From: an uncultured Sulfurospirillum sp.
Lineage (GTDB): Bacteria; Campylobacterota; Campylobacteria; Campylobacterales; QNZT01
DNA length: 60,176 nt
Assembly: GCA_964651755.1 (NCBI GenBank)
Contig: CAZYZD010000002.1
Location: 1-60,176 of the forward strand
Direction: 5' to 3'
Numbering within the stretch: position 1 is the stretch's first letter; each line of letters begins with the position of its first letter. This document shows positions 28,249 through 37,650 of this stretch, piece after piece. Position numbers and translations under genes: made by a program. A model generated the notes under the pieces. That model saw nothing but the letters and a program-made list of their open reading frames with translations. It was not told where the DNA came from and did not search any database.

Positions 28249-28758
28249 TTAACGCAGCAGATTGATCCAGTCCCAGATGAGTTTGTTCTTTTTTAGAAGA
28301 TAATCAATCTGTGTTTCGCTGAGATGGAAATCCTCTTTCATTTTTTTCCTGAACAGCTGTTTTTCTTTTGGTGTTCTGATAACAGAAGAGAGCGGTAGAT
28401 TCAGCGTAATGGCACTTTCAGGATAATATGGGTTTATTTGAATTAAAACTGCTTTAAATTTGTCAAATGTCATATTTTCCGGGATAGAGGGTGTATCTGA
28501 TTTATAAAGAGAATCCATATCTGGATTTGGAAGGTCTTCATTTGTTATGGAATATATATTCTCTATTTTCGGTTTTTCTATGCTTTCATGTGACATAGAG
28601 TCTTCTAAGATCTCCAGTGTAGGTTGTTGCTGGATAACTGATCTTACTTGTTTGTTTTGATTATCGCTATTACTGTTATTACTATTTGCGGTGAATATAT
28701 AAGTAAAAAATGCAATAATTAAAATAAGTAAAAATATAAACGTCTTCATACTAATCAT
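28249..28758 (-). CDS. hypothetical membrane-anchored protein
   Basis: 169 aa. One N-terminal TM helix followed by an Asn/Ser-rich linker. No recognisable domain. Confidence 0.55.
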   Translation of the reverse strand: MISMKTFIFLLILIIAFFTYIFTANSNNSNSDNQNKQVRSVIQQQPTLEILEDSMSHESIEKPKIENIYSITNEDLPNPDMDSLYKSDTPSIPENMTFDKFKAVLIQINPYYPESAITLNLPLSSVIRTPKEKQLFRKKMKEDFHLSETQIDYLLKKNKLIWDWINLLR

Positions 28759-28868
28759 TGTAACTAATTTTAAATTTAAGATTGTATAACTCCCCTGACT
28801 TTCAGCGTTCCATTATAAATCTGTTGTATAATACGTTTTATGTATTTAATTTTTACAAAGGATTCTAA

Positions 28869-29093
28869 ATGAATAAAATGATTTTAACTGTTGCGTCAAT
28901 AGCTGCTTTAGCAATGCTAAGTGGTTGTGCTGAAAAGAAAAGTTGTTGCAATCCTCCTGCACCAGTTGCAGCGCCTGCACCAGTAGTAGAAGCTCCTGCT
29001 CCGGCACCTGCACCAGTAGTTGTAGCGCCAGCTCCAGTAGTGGAAGAAGTGGCACCGGTTGTTGTTGACGAAAAAACAAGAGCAGTACAATAA
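28869..29093 (+). CDS. small Pro/Ala/Val-rich lipoprotein
   Basis: 74 aa. Lipobox LSGC, CC pair, then (A)PAPVV-type repeats. TATAAT at 28827-28832. Confidence 0.7.
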   Translation: MNKMILTVASIAALAMLSGCAEKKSCCNPPAPVAAPAPVVEAPAPAPAPVVVAPAPVVEEVAPVVVDEKTRAVQ

Positions 29094-29106
29094 GCTGATC
29101 CTGTTT

Positions 29107-29129
29107 GGCAGGAGCTTATCGCTTCTGCC
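29107..29129. terminator. hairpin between the convergent lipoprotein and trmA genes
   Basis: GGCAGGAGC-ttatc-GCTTCTGCC (9 bp including one G-U), with a T7 run about 13 nt downstream. Confidence 0.45.
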
Positions 29130-29145
29130 GGGGATTTCACTTTTT

Positions 29146-30252
29146 TTATCTTCTTTTTAAAATGACACCGCATTCCAGATGTGTCGTATATGCAAATTGA
29201 TCGAATACAGCAAAGTTTGTAATTTGGTACTCTTCCTTTAACAATAATAAATCTCTTAAAAGTGTCTCAGGATTACATGAAATGTAAATAATATTTTCAA
29301 ATTGTTTCGCAAATAATCGTGTTTTATCATCCAAACCAGCTCTGGGAGGATCAAGAAAAAGATGTGAAAAATGATACATTTGCAAATCTACTCCCTCTAA
29401 TCTTTTGAAGACTCTTTTTTGTTCAAGCGCTTCTGTCAACTCTTCGGCACTCAATCGTACAAAAGCGATATTTTCTACTTTATTAAGCAAACAGTTTTCC
29501 TGAGCGCTTTTGATAGAGCGTTTGGAAATTTCAGTTGCAAGTACATTGCGGAATTTTTCACTTAGAGGAATTGTAAAATTTCCATGTCCGCAATATAGTT
29601 CCAGAAGATCTGTTTGAAGGGAGGGAAGGTGATTTTTCACCCATTCGATCATCTTTTCGTTGACTTGGGTATTTGGTTGTGTAAAACCGGTATCATAAAG
29701 TTTATAATAGTACTTTTTATTTAGAATATGCAGTACTTCATGAATATACTCTTTGGTTACAACAAGTTTGATACCACGGCTTCGCCCGATAAGATCTATG
29801 TTTAATGCACAGGCAAGTTTTTCTGCCTCTTTGTGCCAGATAGCGTCTATCTTTTTGTGGTAGATAAGGGTGATGAGTATTTCGGAAGTAGAACTGCTGA
29901 GGAATTCGACACTGTAGAGTCTGTGGCGTAATGTTTCATTTCTCGAGATAAATTCCAGAAGTTGCGGCATTGTTTCTGCGATCTTTTCAGCAACTATACT
30001 GCACGCTTTGATAGGAACTATTTTTTTCTTTTCCAGCCCATGCATCGCATACGAAATAGTATTTTTTTCATAATCATGAAAGATACGAAATTCTGCACGA
30101 GTACGGAAATGATCGGATTTGGAGCGGATGATGTCCAGATTATCAACTTGAAACATTTTTTTGATATTTTCTATTTTATAGACAAGTTGTTCTTCATAAT
30201 CCATTTCATAAAGTGTACAGCTGCCGCATCTGCCGAAATAGTCACATTGCAT
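29146..30252 (-). CDS. trmA: tRNA (uracil54-C5)-methyltransferase TrmA
   Basis: 368 aa starting at MQCDYFGRCGSC (AAGGA RBS). The TTG at 30282 is a less likely start. DPPRAGL SAM-methyltransferase motif and YISCNP. Confidence 0.88.
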   Translation of the reverse strand: MQCDYFGRCGSCTLYEMDYEEQLVYKIENIKKMFQVDNLDIIRSKSDHFRTRAEFRIFHDYEKNTISYAMHGLEKKKIVPIKACSIVAEKIAETMPQLLEFISRNETLRHRLYSVEFLSSSTSEILITLIYHKKIDAIWHKEAEKLACALNIDLIGRSRGIKLVVTKEYIHEVLHILNKKYYYKLYDTGFTQPNTQVNEKMIEWVKNHLPSLQTDLLELYCGHGNFTIPLSEKFRNVLATEISKRSIKSAQENCLLNKVENIAFVRLSAEELTEALEQKRVFKRLEGVDLQMYHFSHLFLDPPRAGLDDKTRLFAKQFENIIYISCNPETLLRDLLLLKEEYQITNFAVFDQFAYTTHLECGVILKRR

Positions 30253-30355
30253 TTTTATTCCTTTTTTACTGGTTCGATTCAAAGTAGTTGAACAAGAGAT
30301 ACCGATCCTCGGGAATTCGTCTTATTTTCGCAACTACTTTAACTACTGTGTTATA

Positions 30356-31093
30356 TTATTTAAAACTGGCAATAAGATTACCAATCAGTAAGTTCCAACC
30401 ATCTACCAGCACAAATATCAGTAATTTAAAGGGCATTGAGATCATCACTGGCGGAAGCATCATCATACCCATACTCATCAGAACAGAACTGACTACCATA
30501 TCGATCACAAGGAAAGGAAGGTAGAGTAAAAAACCGATTTCAAAAGCAGTTTTGAGTTCACTGATCATAAATGCGGGAATAGTAATAGTTAATGGAATAT
30601 CATTATAATTTTTAGGGTTTTGCAGTTTCCGGATACGAAAAAAGAGTGCCAGATCCTTTTCCCTCGTATTTTTGATCATAAAAGCTTTAAAGGGTGCGAC
30701 TCCTTTTTCAAAAGCTTCTTCGTAGGATATCTTTTTTTCTGTATATGGTTTGATTGCTGTATCGTATGCTTTGGTGGCAACAGGTTCCATAATAAAAAAA
30801 GTCAAAATAAGAGCCAGAGATACCAGGAGTTGATTGGGTGGCATTTGCTGTGTGCCAAGTGCCTGACGTAAAAAAGAGAAAACAACAATTAATCGTATAA
30901 AACTGGTCATTACCAGTAGCAGAGAAGGTGCCAGAACAAGCAGAGTAAGGACAAGCAGGACATTGAGTGAACTGACTAAGTCTTTAGGTTCTGAAGGTGC
31001 AGAGAGCGAGAGATTTACGGTGGGAACCTGTACGGCATCCGCACCAAACAGAAGAGATCCGCCAAGTAGTACAAATAGTGCGATATATTTGAT
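30356..31093 (-). CDS. fliP: flagellar export gate protein FliP, proposed non-canonical ATC start
   Basis: The conserved FliP sequence extends 61 codons upstream of the first Met: (I)KYIALFVLLGGSLLFGADA signal peptide, then PTVNLSLSAPSEP...APSLLLVMTSF. GGAGG lies 6 nt before the ATC at 31093-31091. No in-frame ATG/GTG/TTG upstream of 30910. Confidence 0.8.
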   Translation of the reverse strand: MKYIALFVLLGGSLLFGADAVQVPTVNLSLSAPSEPKDLVSSLNVLLVLTLLVLAPSLLLVMTSFIRLIVVFSFLRQALGTQQMPPNQLLVSLALILTFFIMEPVATKAYDTAIKPYTEKKISYEEAFEKGVAPFKAFMIKNTREKDLALFFRIRKLQNPKNYNDIPLTITIPAFMISELKTAFEIGFLLYLPFLVIDMVVSSVLMSMGMMMLPPVMISMPFKLLIFVLVDGWNLLIGNLIASFK

Positions 31094-31095
31094 CT

Positions 31096-31872
31096 CTATC
31101 CTCCGCTTGCAGTATCGAGAATGCTCTTTTGGGCACTCTCTCTATCGTCCTCATCTTTTGAAAAAAAGTATAACTCAACGCGCCTGTTTTTCTCCTTACC
31201 TGCTGTAGTTAAGTTGGTTGCGATAGGATCGAATTCAGCTTTTCCGCATGCGGTTAGAAGCTTTGGTTCGACATGATTTTTGATCAATACTTTGACAACA
31301 GAAATAGCTCTGGCTGCAGAGAGTTCCCAGTTGTCCCGAAACGGGCTGTGCAGAGGCTTGCTGTCATCTGTATGTCCAATCACATGAATGCGCATATTTT
31401 TAGGAAGTTTATCGATAATTAATGCAATACGTTTTAAAAAGAGGAGGGCATCGTCATCTTCGATTTTTGCGCTTCCTTTCTTAAAAAGCAGTTTTGCCGG
31501 TAAGCGTATCATAAATCCGTTTTCTGCTTCTTCAAGTGTGGCTTTACTCCCTTCCTGTGCTTTAGACATCTCATTGAGTTCGACAATAGTACGTTTGAGT
31601 GTTTTCATCTTTTGTGCCTGCTCATCTTCCGCATCGATAGGGGTGGTCTCCTGTTGTCTTTCAGGGGAGACTTTTACTTTGGTACCACCTTCAAGTACAC
31701 TCAGGGCACCATTAAGAGAAGCTGCAGCCTCTGCTACTTTTTTGGCATCCATTGTAGACATGGAGAGCAAAAGTACAAAAAAACAGAGTAGCAATGACAT
31801 AAGGTCACCAAATGCAGCGAGCCATCCCGGCAGACATTTGGGACAATCTTGTTCAGGACACTTTTTACCCAT
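31096..31872 (-). CDS. motB: flagellar motor stator protein MotB (OmpA-like C-terminus)
   Basis: 258 aa. TM helix with the conserved Asp (FGDLMSLLLCFF) and a C-terminal peptidoglycan-binding domain (NRRVEL). Confidence 0.92.
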   Translation of the reverse strand: MGKKCPEQDCPKCLPGWLAAFGDLMSLLLCFFVLLLSMSTMDAKKVAEAAASLNGALSVLEGGTKVKVSPERQQETTPIDAEDEQAQKMKTLKRTIVELNEMSKAQEGSKATLEEAENGFMIRLPAKLLFKKGSAKIEDDDALLFLKRIALIIDKLPKNMRIHVIGHTDDSKPLHSPFRDNWELSAARAISVVKVLIKNHVEPKLLTACGKAEFDPIATNLTTAGKEKNRRVELYFFSKDEDDRESAQKSILDTASGG

Positions 31873-31880
31873 TTCTATCC

Positions 31881-32645
31881 TTAGTCAAACTGGCTCTCAC
31901 GTTCATTCGGCGGTAAGAATGCAAGTAGTTTTGCTTCAAGTGTCCGTGGATTATCTCCTGCCTGAATGGACATAATACCTTCGATGATTAGAGTTTTGAT
32001 TACCATCTCATCGGTATTGCGCAGACCGAGAATATTTTCAACAGGTCCACCGATAATATTTCCCAGCATAGCACCGTACATGGTTGTCAAAAGTGCCACC
32101 GCCATTGCCGGACCGATAGCAGCAGGATCAGCCATATTTAAAAGCATTGCAACCAGACCGATTAGTGTACCGATCATACCCATTGCACCGGCAAAACCGG
32201 AAATCTGTCCAAAAAATGAGGCATTAACTTTATGTCTTGTATCTGTCTGTTGCATATCAATTTCAAGCAGATCTCTGATGATATCCGGTTCATTGCCGTC
32301 TATAGCCATACCGAGACCTTTTTTCAAAAATTCATTTTCCTCATTGGCAACATCACCCTCCAACGCAAGAACACCTTCCTTTCTTGCCTTTGTAGAGTAC
32401 TCTACCAGTTTTTTTATCAACTCTTTGGGATCATCAGTAGCAGGTTTAATTGCTACCATAAACATTTTTCCAAAACCTTTGACATGATCCATTTTAAAGC
32501 CGATCATGAGGGTACCGATCGTACCACCAAAAACGATGAGTATTGACGGTACATCGATATAGGGACCGATACCCACACCCATTGCCATGGCACCAAATAG
32601 CAGACCAAGAGTGAGTACAAGACCTATGACGGTTCCTAAATCCAT
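31881..32645 (-). CDS. motA: flagellar motor stator protein MotA
   Basis: 254 aa. MotA/TolQ/ExbB channel family. Directly upstream of motB. Confidence 0.92.
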   Translation of the reverse strand: MDLGTVIGLVLTLGLLFGAMAMGVGIGPYIDVPSILIVFGGTIGTLMIGFKMDHVKGFGKMFMVAIKPATDDPKELIKKLVEYSTKARKEGVLALEGDVANEENEFLKKGLGMAIDGNEPDIIRDLLEIDMQQTDTRHKVNASFFGQISGFAGAMGMIGTLIGLVAMLLNMADPAAIGPAMAVALLTTMYGAMLGNIIGGPVENILGLRNTDEMVIKTLIIEGIMSIQAGDNPRTLEAKLLAFLPPNERESQFD

Positions 32646-32722
32646 ATTTTACGTTTCCTTTTATGTTTTGTTGACGGGAGATTTAAATCAAAATACTTTC
32701 ATAAAATCTCGTATTAATACAA

Positions 32723-32730
32723 ATATCGGC
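32723..32730 (-). promoter_or_regulatory. sigma28 (FliA)-type -10 box GCCGATAT upstream of motA
   Basis: The minus strand reads TGCCGATATTTGTAT, 78 nt upstream of the motA ATG. The 15-mer is identical to the one at 42107-42121. Confidence 0.55.
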
Positions 32731-32857
32731 AGTTGTGTAAATAAATTAAATTTTTGTACGATATACTTAAATATTACTACTAATTTAAGCATTTTAGTTC
32801 GATATGATACTATAATAAGATTATAAAATGTTTAATTTTTGAAAAGGAAAATTTAAT

Positions 32858-34150
32858 ATGACAAATAATTCTGTGATCATTTTGGCTGCCGGTAAAGGTA
32901 CACGGATGAAGTCTAAGCTTCCCAAAGTTTTGCATAAAATTTCAGGTTTTGAGATGCTCTATTTTGCGATTAAAGAAGCGAAAAAACTGAGTGATGATAT
33001 TACTGTTGTACTCTACCATCAGGCGGAGCTGGTACAACAGCATATGGAAAACTATTTTGATGATATTCGTTATGTGATTCAAGATCATGAAAACTATCCC
33101 GGAACCGGTGGTGCAGTAATGAATATTGATTTTAAACATGACAAAGTATTGGTTTTGAACGGTGATATGCCTCTGGTCGAAGCAGAAGAACTGGAAAAAT
33201 TTACCCAAATTGATGCAGATATTGTCATGAGTGTAATCAAAATGGAAGACTCTTCAGGATATGGTCGAGTTGTTATTGATGGGGATGAGGTAGTAAAAAT
33301 TGTAGAAGAGAAAGATGCTTCCGAAGACGAGAAAGCAATCAAAACAGTCAATGCAGGAATTTATCTTTTTAAAAAAGAGATTCTGCAAAAGTATCTTCCT
33401 AAACTCAGCAATGACAATGCACAGGAAGAGTATTACCTTACAGATGTTGTCGAACTTGCTAAAAATGACAATTTTAAAGTTGCACCATTGTACGTAAAGG
33501 AGGAGAATTTTAAAGGGGTAAATTCCAAATATGATCTAAGTCACGCAGAAGAGATTATGCAAAGACGAATCAAAAAACGTTTCATGATGATGGGTGTGAC
33601 TATGCATCTTCCCGATACGATCTATATCGAGGCAGATGTTGAAATAGAAGGAGAATCTGAAATCGAGCATGGTGTAACACTCTTAAAAGGAGCTAAAATT
33701 GTCAATAGCCATATTAAAGCAAATACTGTTGTAGAAGATAGTAAAATAACCGATTCAAGTGTAGGACCGATTGCAAGAGTACGTCCGGGAAGTGAAATTA
33801 CTGATACGCATATCGGCAATTTTGTAGAAGTGAAAAAATCGATTCTCAAAGGTGTAAAAGTTGGTCATCTAAGTTATCTCGGAGACAGTGAAATTGATGA
33901 AGGAACAAATATTGGTGCCGGGACAATCACTTGTAACTATGATGGTAAAAAGAAGTATAAAACAGTTATCGGCAAAAATGTTTTTGTAGGAAGTGATACG
34001 CAGATTGTTGCACCGGTTGTGATTGAGGATGAAGTGCTGATTGCAGCAGGAACAACAGTCAATAAAAATGTAAAAAAAGGTTCGCTTGCGATTAGCAGAA
34101 CCAATATGAAAACAGTTGAAGGATTTTTTGACAAATTCTTCAAAAATTAA
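32858..34150 (+). CDS. glmU: bifunctional UDP-N-acetylglucosamine pyrophosphorylase / GlcN-1-P acetyltransferase
   Basis: 430 aa. [11 protein letters not shown] motif and C-terminal hexapeptide repeats. Confidence 0.95.
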   Translation: MTNNSVIILAAGKGTRMKSKLPKVLHKISGFEMLYFAIKEAKKLSDDITVVLYHQAELVQQHMENYFDDIRYVIQDHENYPGTGGAVMNIDFKHDKVLVLNGDMPLVEAEELEKFTQIDADIVMSVIKMEDSSGYGRVVIDGDEVVKIVEEKDASEDEKAIKTVNAGIYLFKKEILQKYLPKLSNDNAQEEYYLTDVVELAKNDNFKVAPLYVKEENFKGVNSKYDLSHAEEIMQRRIKKRFMMMGVTMHLPDTIYIEADVEIEGESEIEHGVTLLKGAKIVNSHIKANTVVEDSKITDSSVGPIARVRPGSEITDTHIGNFVEVKKSILKGVKVGHLSYLGDSEIDEGTNIGAGTITCNYDGKKKYKTVIGKNVFVGSDTQIVAPVVIEDEVLIAAGTTVNKNVKKGSLAISRTNMKTVEGFFDKFFKN

Positions 34151-34194
34151 AATTTAGTAAGAAAATCAAGAACAAGAGGGAAAAAGGGGAGAGG

Positions 34195-35448
34195 ATGTTA
34201 CTAGAGGGGAAAAATATACTGGTAGGTGTAACAGGAAGTATCGCTGTCTATAAATCTCTGGAGTTGATTCGACTCTTTACCAAAGCAGGTGCAAATGTAC
34301 GGGTGGTGATGAGTGAAAGTGCCAAACGTTTTATCTCTCCTCTGACTTTTGAAGCACTTACACACCGGCAGGTTCTGGATGAAACAACAGAATCCTGGGC
34401 GAATGACAATAACCATATCGATATTGCAAAATGGGCAAATGTCTATGTCATTGCACCTGTTACTGCAAATACACTCAATAAACTCAGCAATGGCATTGCA
34501 GACAATCTGATTACACAGGTTGCACTTGCTTTTACAGGACAGATTCTTCTCGCTCCTGCTGCCAATACCAATATGTATCAGAACAATACAACACAAGCTT
34601 CTTTGAAAATGTTGAAAATTTTAAATTTTGAGGAGATTGTTCCACAGAAAAAGCTGCTTGCCTGCGGAGATGAGGGAACGGGTGCCCTGGCTGATCCGGA
34701 AGATATTTTTCACAAAACTGCAAAGATTTTGTTGAAAGATCCTTTCTGGGTCAATCGCAGGGTAGTTGTTACCGGTGGAGGCACAAGAGAAAAGATTGAT
34801 GATGTGCGCTATATTTCCAATTTTTCCAGCGGGAAAATGGCGGGAGCATTAAGCACTGCACTCTATTACAGAGGAGCAGATGTTTGTTTGCTTGCAACAC
34901 AAAAGATTCCGGCGCTTCCTTCTGAACTTTACGTCATAGAAGTAGATGACTCGGAAGAGCTAAAAGAGTATCTTGTTGATGCCATTCGTGTCTCAAAAAA
35001 GGGTGTATTGACAAAAGCAACACTTATGGATGATTCTGTGCCGGAATTGATTCAAAAAACACCTTATCTCTTTATGGCGGCAACAGTCAGTGATTATGTT
35101 CCAAAATATCCGCAAAGTGGAAAATTGAAAAAAGAGATGCTTGGGGATGAGTGGTGTCTTGAAATGAAAAAAAATGAAGATATTCTCAAATCTGTTAACA
35201 AAGATGGCATCTTTGCAGTGGGTTTTAAGGCAGAAAGTGATGCTCAAACAGCATTGGAAAATGCAAAAAAAATGCTTGTTGAAAAAGAGCTTGATGCGGT
35301 ATGTCTTAATAATATTGCAGAAAATCCTTTTGGCAGTGATGAAAATGAGATTACACTTATTACCAAAAGTCAGGAAATTGTATTTCCAAAAGCAGATAAA
35401 CTCACTATATCGCTGGAGTTGTTAGATACCCTTGCAAAATTGGGGTAA
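34195..35448 (+). CDS. coaBC: phosphopantothenoylcysteine decarboxylase / phosphopantothenate-cysteine ligase
   Basis: 417 aa. N-terminal flavoprotein region (GVTGSIAVYK) and C-terminal DFP ligase region (ISNFSSGKMG-like). Confidence 0.93.
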   Translation: MLLEGKNILVGVTGSIAVYKSLELIRLFTKAGANVRVVMSESAKRFISPLTFEALTHRQVLDETTESWANDNNHIDIAKWANVYVIAPVTANTLNKLSNGIADNLITQVALAFTGQILLAPAANTNMYQNNTTQASLKMLKILNFEEIVPQKKLLACGDEGTGALADPEDIFHKTAKILLKDPFWVNRRVVVTGGGTREKIDDVRYISNFSSGKMAGALSTALYYRGADVCLLATQKIPALPSELYVIEVDDSEELKEYLVDAIRVSKKGVLTKATLMDDSVPELIQKTPYLFMAATVSDYVPKYPQSGKLKKEMLGDEWCLEMKKNEDILKSVNKDGIFAVGFKAESDAQTALENAKKMLVEKELDAVCLNNIAENPFGSDENEITLITKSQEIVFPKADKLTISLELLDTLAKLG

Positions 35449-35454
35449 TCTCAG

Positions 35455-36225
35455 ATGATATCACAGATCACCCAGTTAAGCAAACTTGATACTTTGCTTG
35501 CCAAACTCTCTGTAAAACGTTTCAATGCGGTTTTACCCGTAGATATCAAAGTTCTTGAAGAGACAGAACCGCAAAAGTACAAATTACAAATTGGCAAACA
35601 GGAGATAGTGACAAAAAGTACATTGCCGCTGGATGTAGGTACAAAGTACTGGGGGATGATGAAAGAGAGTGTGCAAAACAATGCGGTAACACTTTCAAAA
35701 CTTTTACAAAAACCAAAACTTTTGCAAAATAAGGCGTTGATTTCATTTTTACCCGAGTTTACCCCTGAAAAAATGGTAGCGTTGCTTGCCAAAGAGTCTC
35801 CGAAAACAGAGATGAAAATGCAGCTTCTGGAGCATTTGGCACAGGCGAATTCGAAACAGGAGTTTATGACGCTGACCAATATGATTGCAGCGCTGAATGC
35901 CAATGTTTTTACAATGCTTATGAAGTACCAGAATAAAACAACGCTTTTTCAATTTAAACGAAGAAAATCTCAAAGCCAAACTTCAAGTGAAGATGGTATT
36001 ATAGATTTTTACGCTGCATTTGAACATATTGGTCCGGTTGAAGGTATAGTTGAGGTCAAAAACGATATGAAACGTGTAACACTCTACATCTACTACGAAC
36101 AGAGTTTGAATTTTCTGAACACGCAGCTGGAAGAACTTGATTTTGAGGGTAGAATCCTCCCTAAAAAAGAGAAGATATCGCCGCTGTATGAACCGGTGTC
36201 GTCACTTCTGGATATCAAAGGATAA
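35455..36225 (+). CDS. hypothetical protein; weak FliK C-terminal (Flg_hook)-like pattern
   Basis: 256 aa. The C-terminal FEHIGPVEGIVEVKNDMKRVTLYIYYEQSLNFLNTQLEEL loosely resembles the hook-length control domain pattern. Not verified. Confidence 0.45.
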   Translation: MISQITQLSKLDTLLAKLSVKRFNAVLPVDIKVLEETEPQKYKLQIGKQEIVTKSTLPLDVGTKYWGMMKESVQNNAVTLSKLLQKPKLLQNKALISFLPEFTPEKMVALLAKESPKTEMKMQLLEHLAQANSKQEFMTLTNMIAALNANVFTMLMKYQNKTTLFQFKRRKSQSQTSSEDGIIDFYAAFEHIGPVEGIVEVKNDMKRVTLYIYYEQSLNFLNTQLEELDFEGRILPKKEKISPLYEPVSSLLDIKG

Positions 36226-36232
36226 AATTTTT

Positions 36233-36916
36233 ATGAATGTACTCAAACATATTGCTATTATTATGGACGGTAATGGCAGATGGGCAAAAAAACAGGGGTT
36301 TTTAAAACGTATTGTTGGTCATGAAGAGGGGGCAAAACGTGTCAGGGAGTTAACAATCCATGCTTCCAATCTGGGAGTCAAGTATCTGACACTCTATGCA
36401 TTCAGTACAGAAAACTGGAAGCGTCCTGAAAGCGAAGTAGGGTTTTTGATGCAGCTTATGGATCGCTATCTGAAAAACGAGTTGAAACTTTTTTTGGATA
36501 ACAATGTACGTTTTGATACGATTGGAGATATCTCCGGGCTTCCGCAGAATTTACAGGAACGTATCGCCTATACAAAAGAGAAAACGGCACATTTTACCGG
36601 TTTAACACAGGTACTTGCTGTAAATTATGGTGCAAAAAATGAGATTATCAGAGCGGTTAACAAAGCTGTTGAAATGGGAAAAAAAGTGGATGAAGAGTAC
36701 TTTGATAATCTACTTGATACAGCAGGAATGGATCCTGTCGATATACTGATACGAACGGGTGGAGACAAACGGCTTTCCAACTTCCTGCTTTGGCAGGCAG
36801 CTTATAGCGAATTGTATTTTACCGATATTTTATGGCCTGATTTTACAACAGAAGAGCTGGATAAAATAATTGCAGATTTTCAGAAAGTAGAACGGCGTTT
36901 TGGAGCAGTTACATGA
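36233..36916 (+). CDS. uppS: undecaprenyl diphosphate synthase
   Basis: 227 aa starting at MNVLKHIAIIMDGNGRWAKK. RTGGDKRLSNFLLWQAAYSE motif. Confidence 0.95.
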   Translation: MNVLKHIAIIMDGNGRWAKKQGFLKRIVGHEEGAKRVRELTIHASNLGVKYLTLYAFSTENWKRPESEVGFLMQLMDRYLKNELKLFLDNNVRFDTIGDISGLPQNLQERIAYTKEKTAHFTGLTQVLAVNYGAKNEIIRAVNKAVEMGKKVDEEYFDNLLDTAGMDPVDILIRTGGDKRLSNFLLWQAAYSELYFTDILWPDFTTEELDKIIADFQKVERRFGAVT

Positions 36917-37650
36917 TAATTGAAGGTTTGCTTGTTACTATTTTTGGGCTTTTATTCGGCTCTTTTTTGAATGTATTAATTTTGCGTATTCCCAAAGAGG
37001 AGAGCATTGTATTTCCCGGATCTCATTGTCCCAAATGTAACAATAAACTCAAATGGTGGCATAATATTCCGGTATTTTCCTGGGTGATGCTCGGAGGGAA
37101 GTGCTATTTTTGTAAAGAGAAGATCTCTGTACAATATCCTCTGATTGAGATTGCTACTGCTTTGATTTTTGCAGTAGTCTACTGGAAAGTGCAAAATATA
37201 CAGTATGCACTGATTGCCGGATTGGTTTTTGCACTGCTTCTTGGATTATCTGTAATCGATTTTCGCTATAAAGCGGTGCCTGATAGTTTAAATCTTTCTG
37301 CTTTAACACTGGCGATTTTTGCTTCATCGCATATTTTGACAAATTTCATCAATGCACTGCTTTTTGCAGGTGCTTTTTCCCTGTTGCGTTTTTATGTCTC
37401 CTATTTTGTAAAAAAAGAGGCACTTGGAGAAGCAGATATTATGATCGCAGCAACTATTGGTGCAATGGTGGGGCTTAAACTTGGTGCCGTAGCTATTTTC
37501 CTTTCTGCTATTATTGCATTGCCGGTTTTCATGATTATACGTGATAAAGATCTGGAAGTGCCGTATATCCCTTTTTTGGCATTGGCGCTTTTTATTGTTT
37601 ATATGGCAGATAATTTTTTTGAAGAGGTGTTAGTCAAACTGTATGGATAG
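36913..37650 (+). CDS. prepilin peptidase (A24 family)
   Basis: 245 aa. Cys-rich N-terminal motif PGSHCPKCNNKL...GKCYFCKEKIS and polytopic membrane core. Confidence 0.85.
   Translation: MIIEGLLVTIFGLLFGSFLNVLILRIPKEESIVFPGSHCPKCNNKLKWWHNIPVFSWVMLGGKCYFCKEKISVQYPLIEIATALIFAVVYWKVQNIQYALIAGLVFALLLGLSVIDFRYKAVPDSLNLSALTLAIFASSHILTNFINALLFAGAFSLLRFYVSYFVKKEALGEADIMIAATIGAMVGLKLGAVAIFLSAIIALPVFMIIRDKDLEVPYIPFLALALFIVYMADNFFEEVLVKLYG

Noticed and set aside
28846-29173. 77-aa and 102-aa minus-strand ORFs overlapping the small lipoprotein gene
   Set aside because: These are artefacts of the GC-rich PAPV repeat, which is stop-free on both strands. The plus-strand ORF has the lipobox, promoter and RBS.
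31388-32487. 195-aa and 173-aa plus-strand ORFs opposite motB and motA
   Set aside because: They are antisense to strongly conserved stator genes. Their Ser/Pro/Ala-rich composition mirrors the sense-strand codons. No start context.
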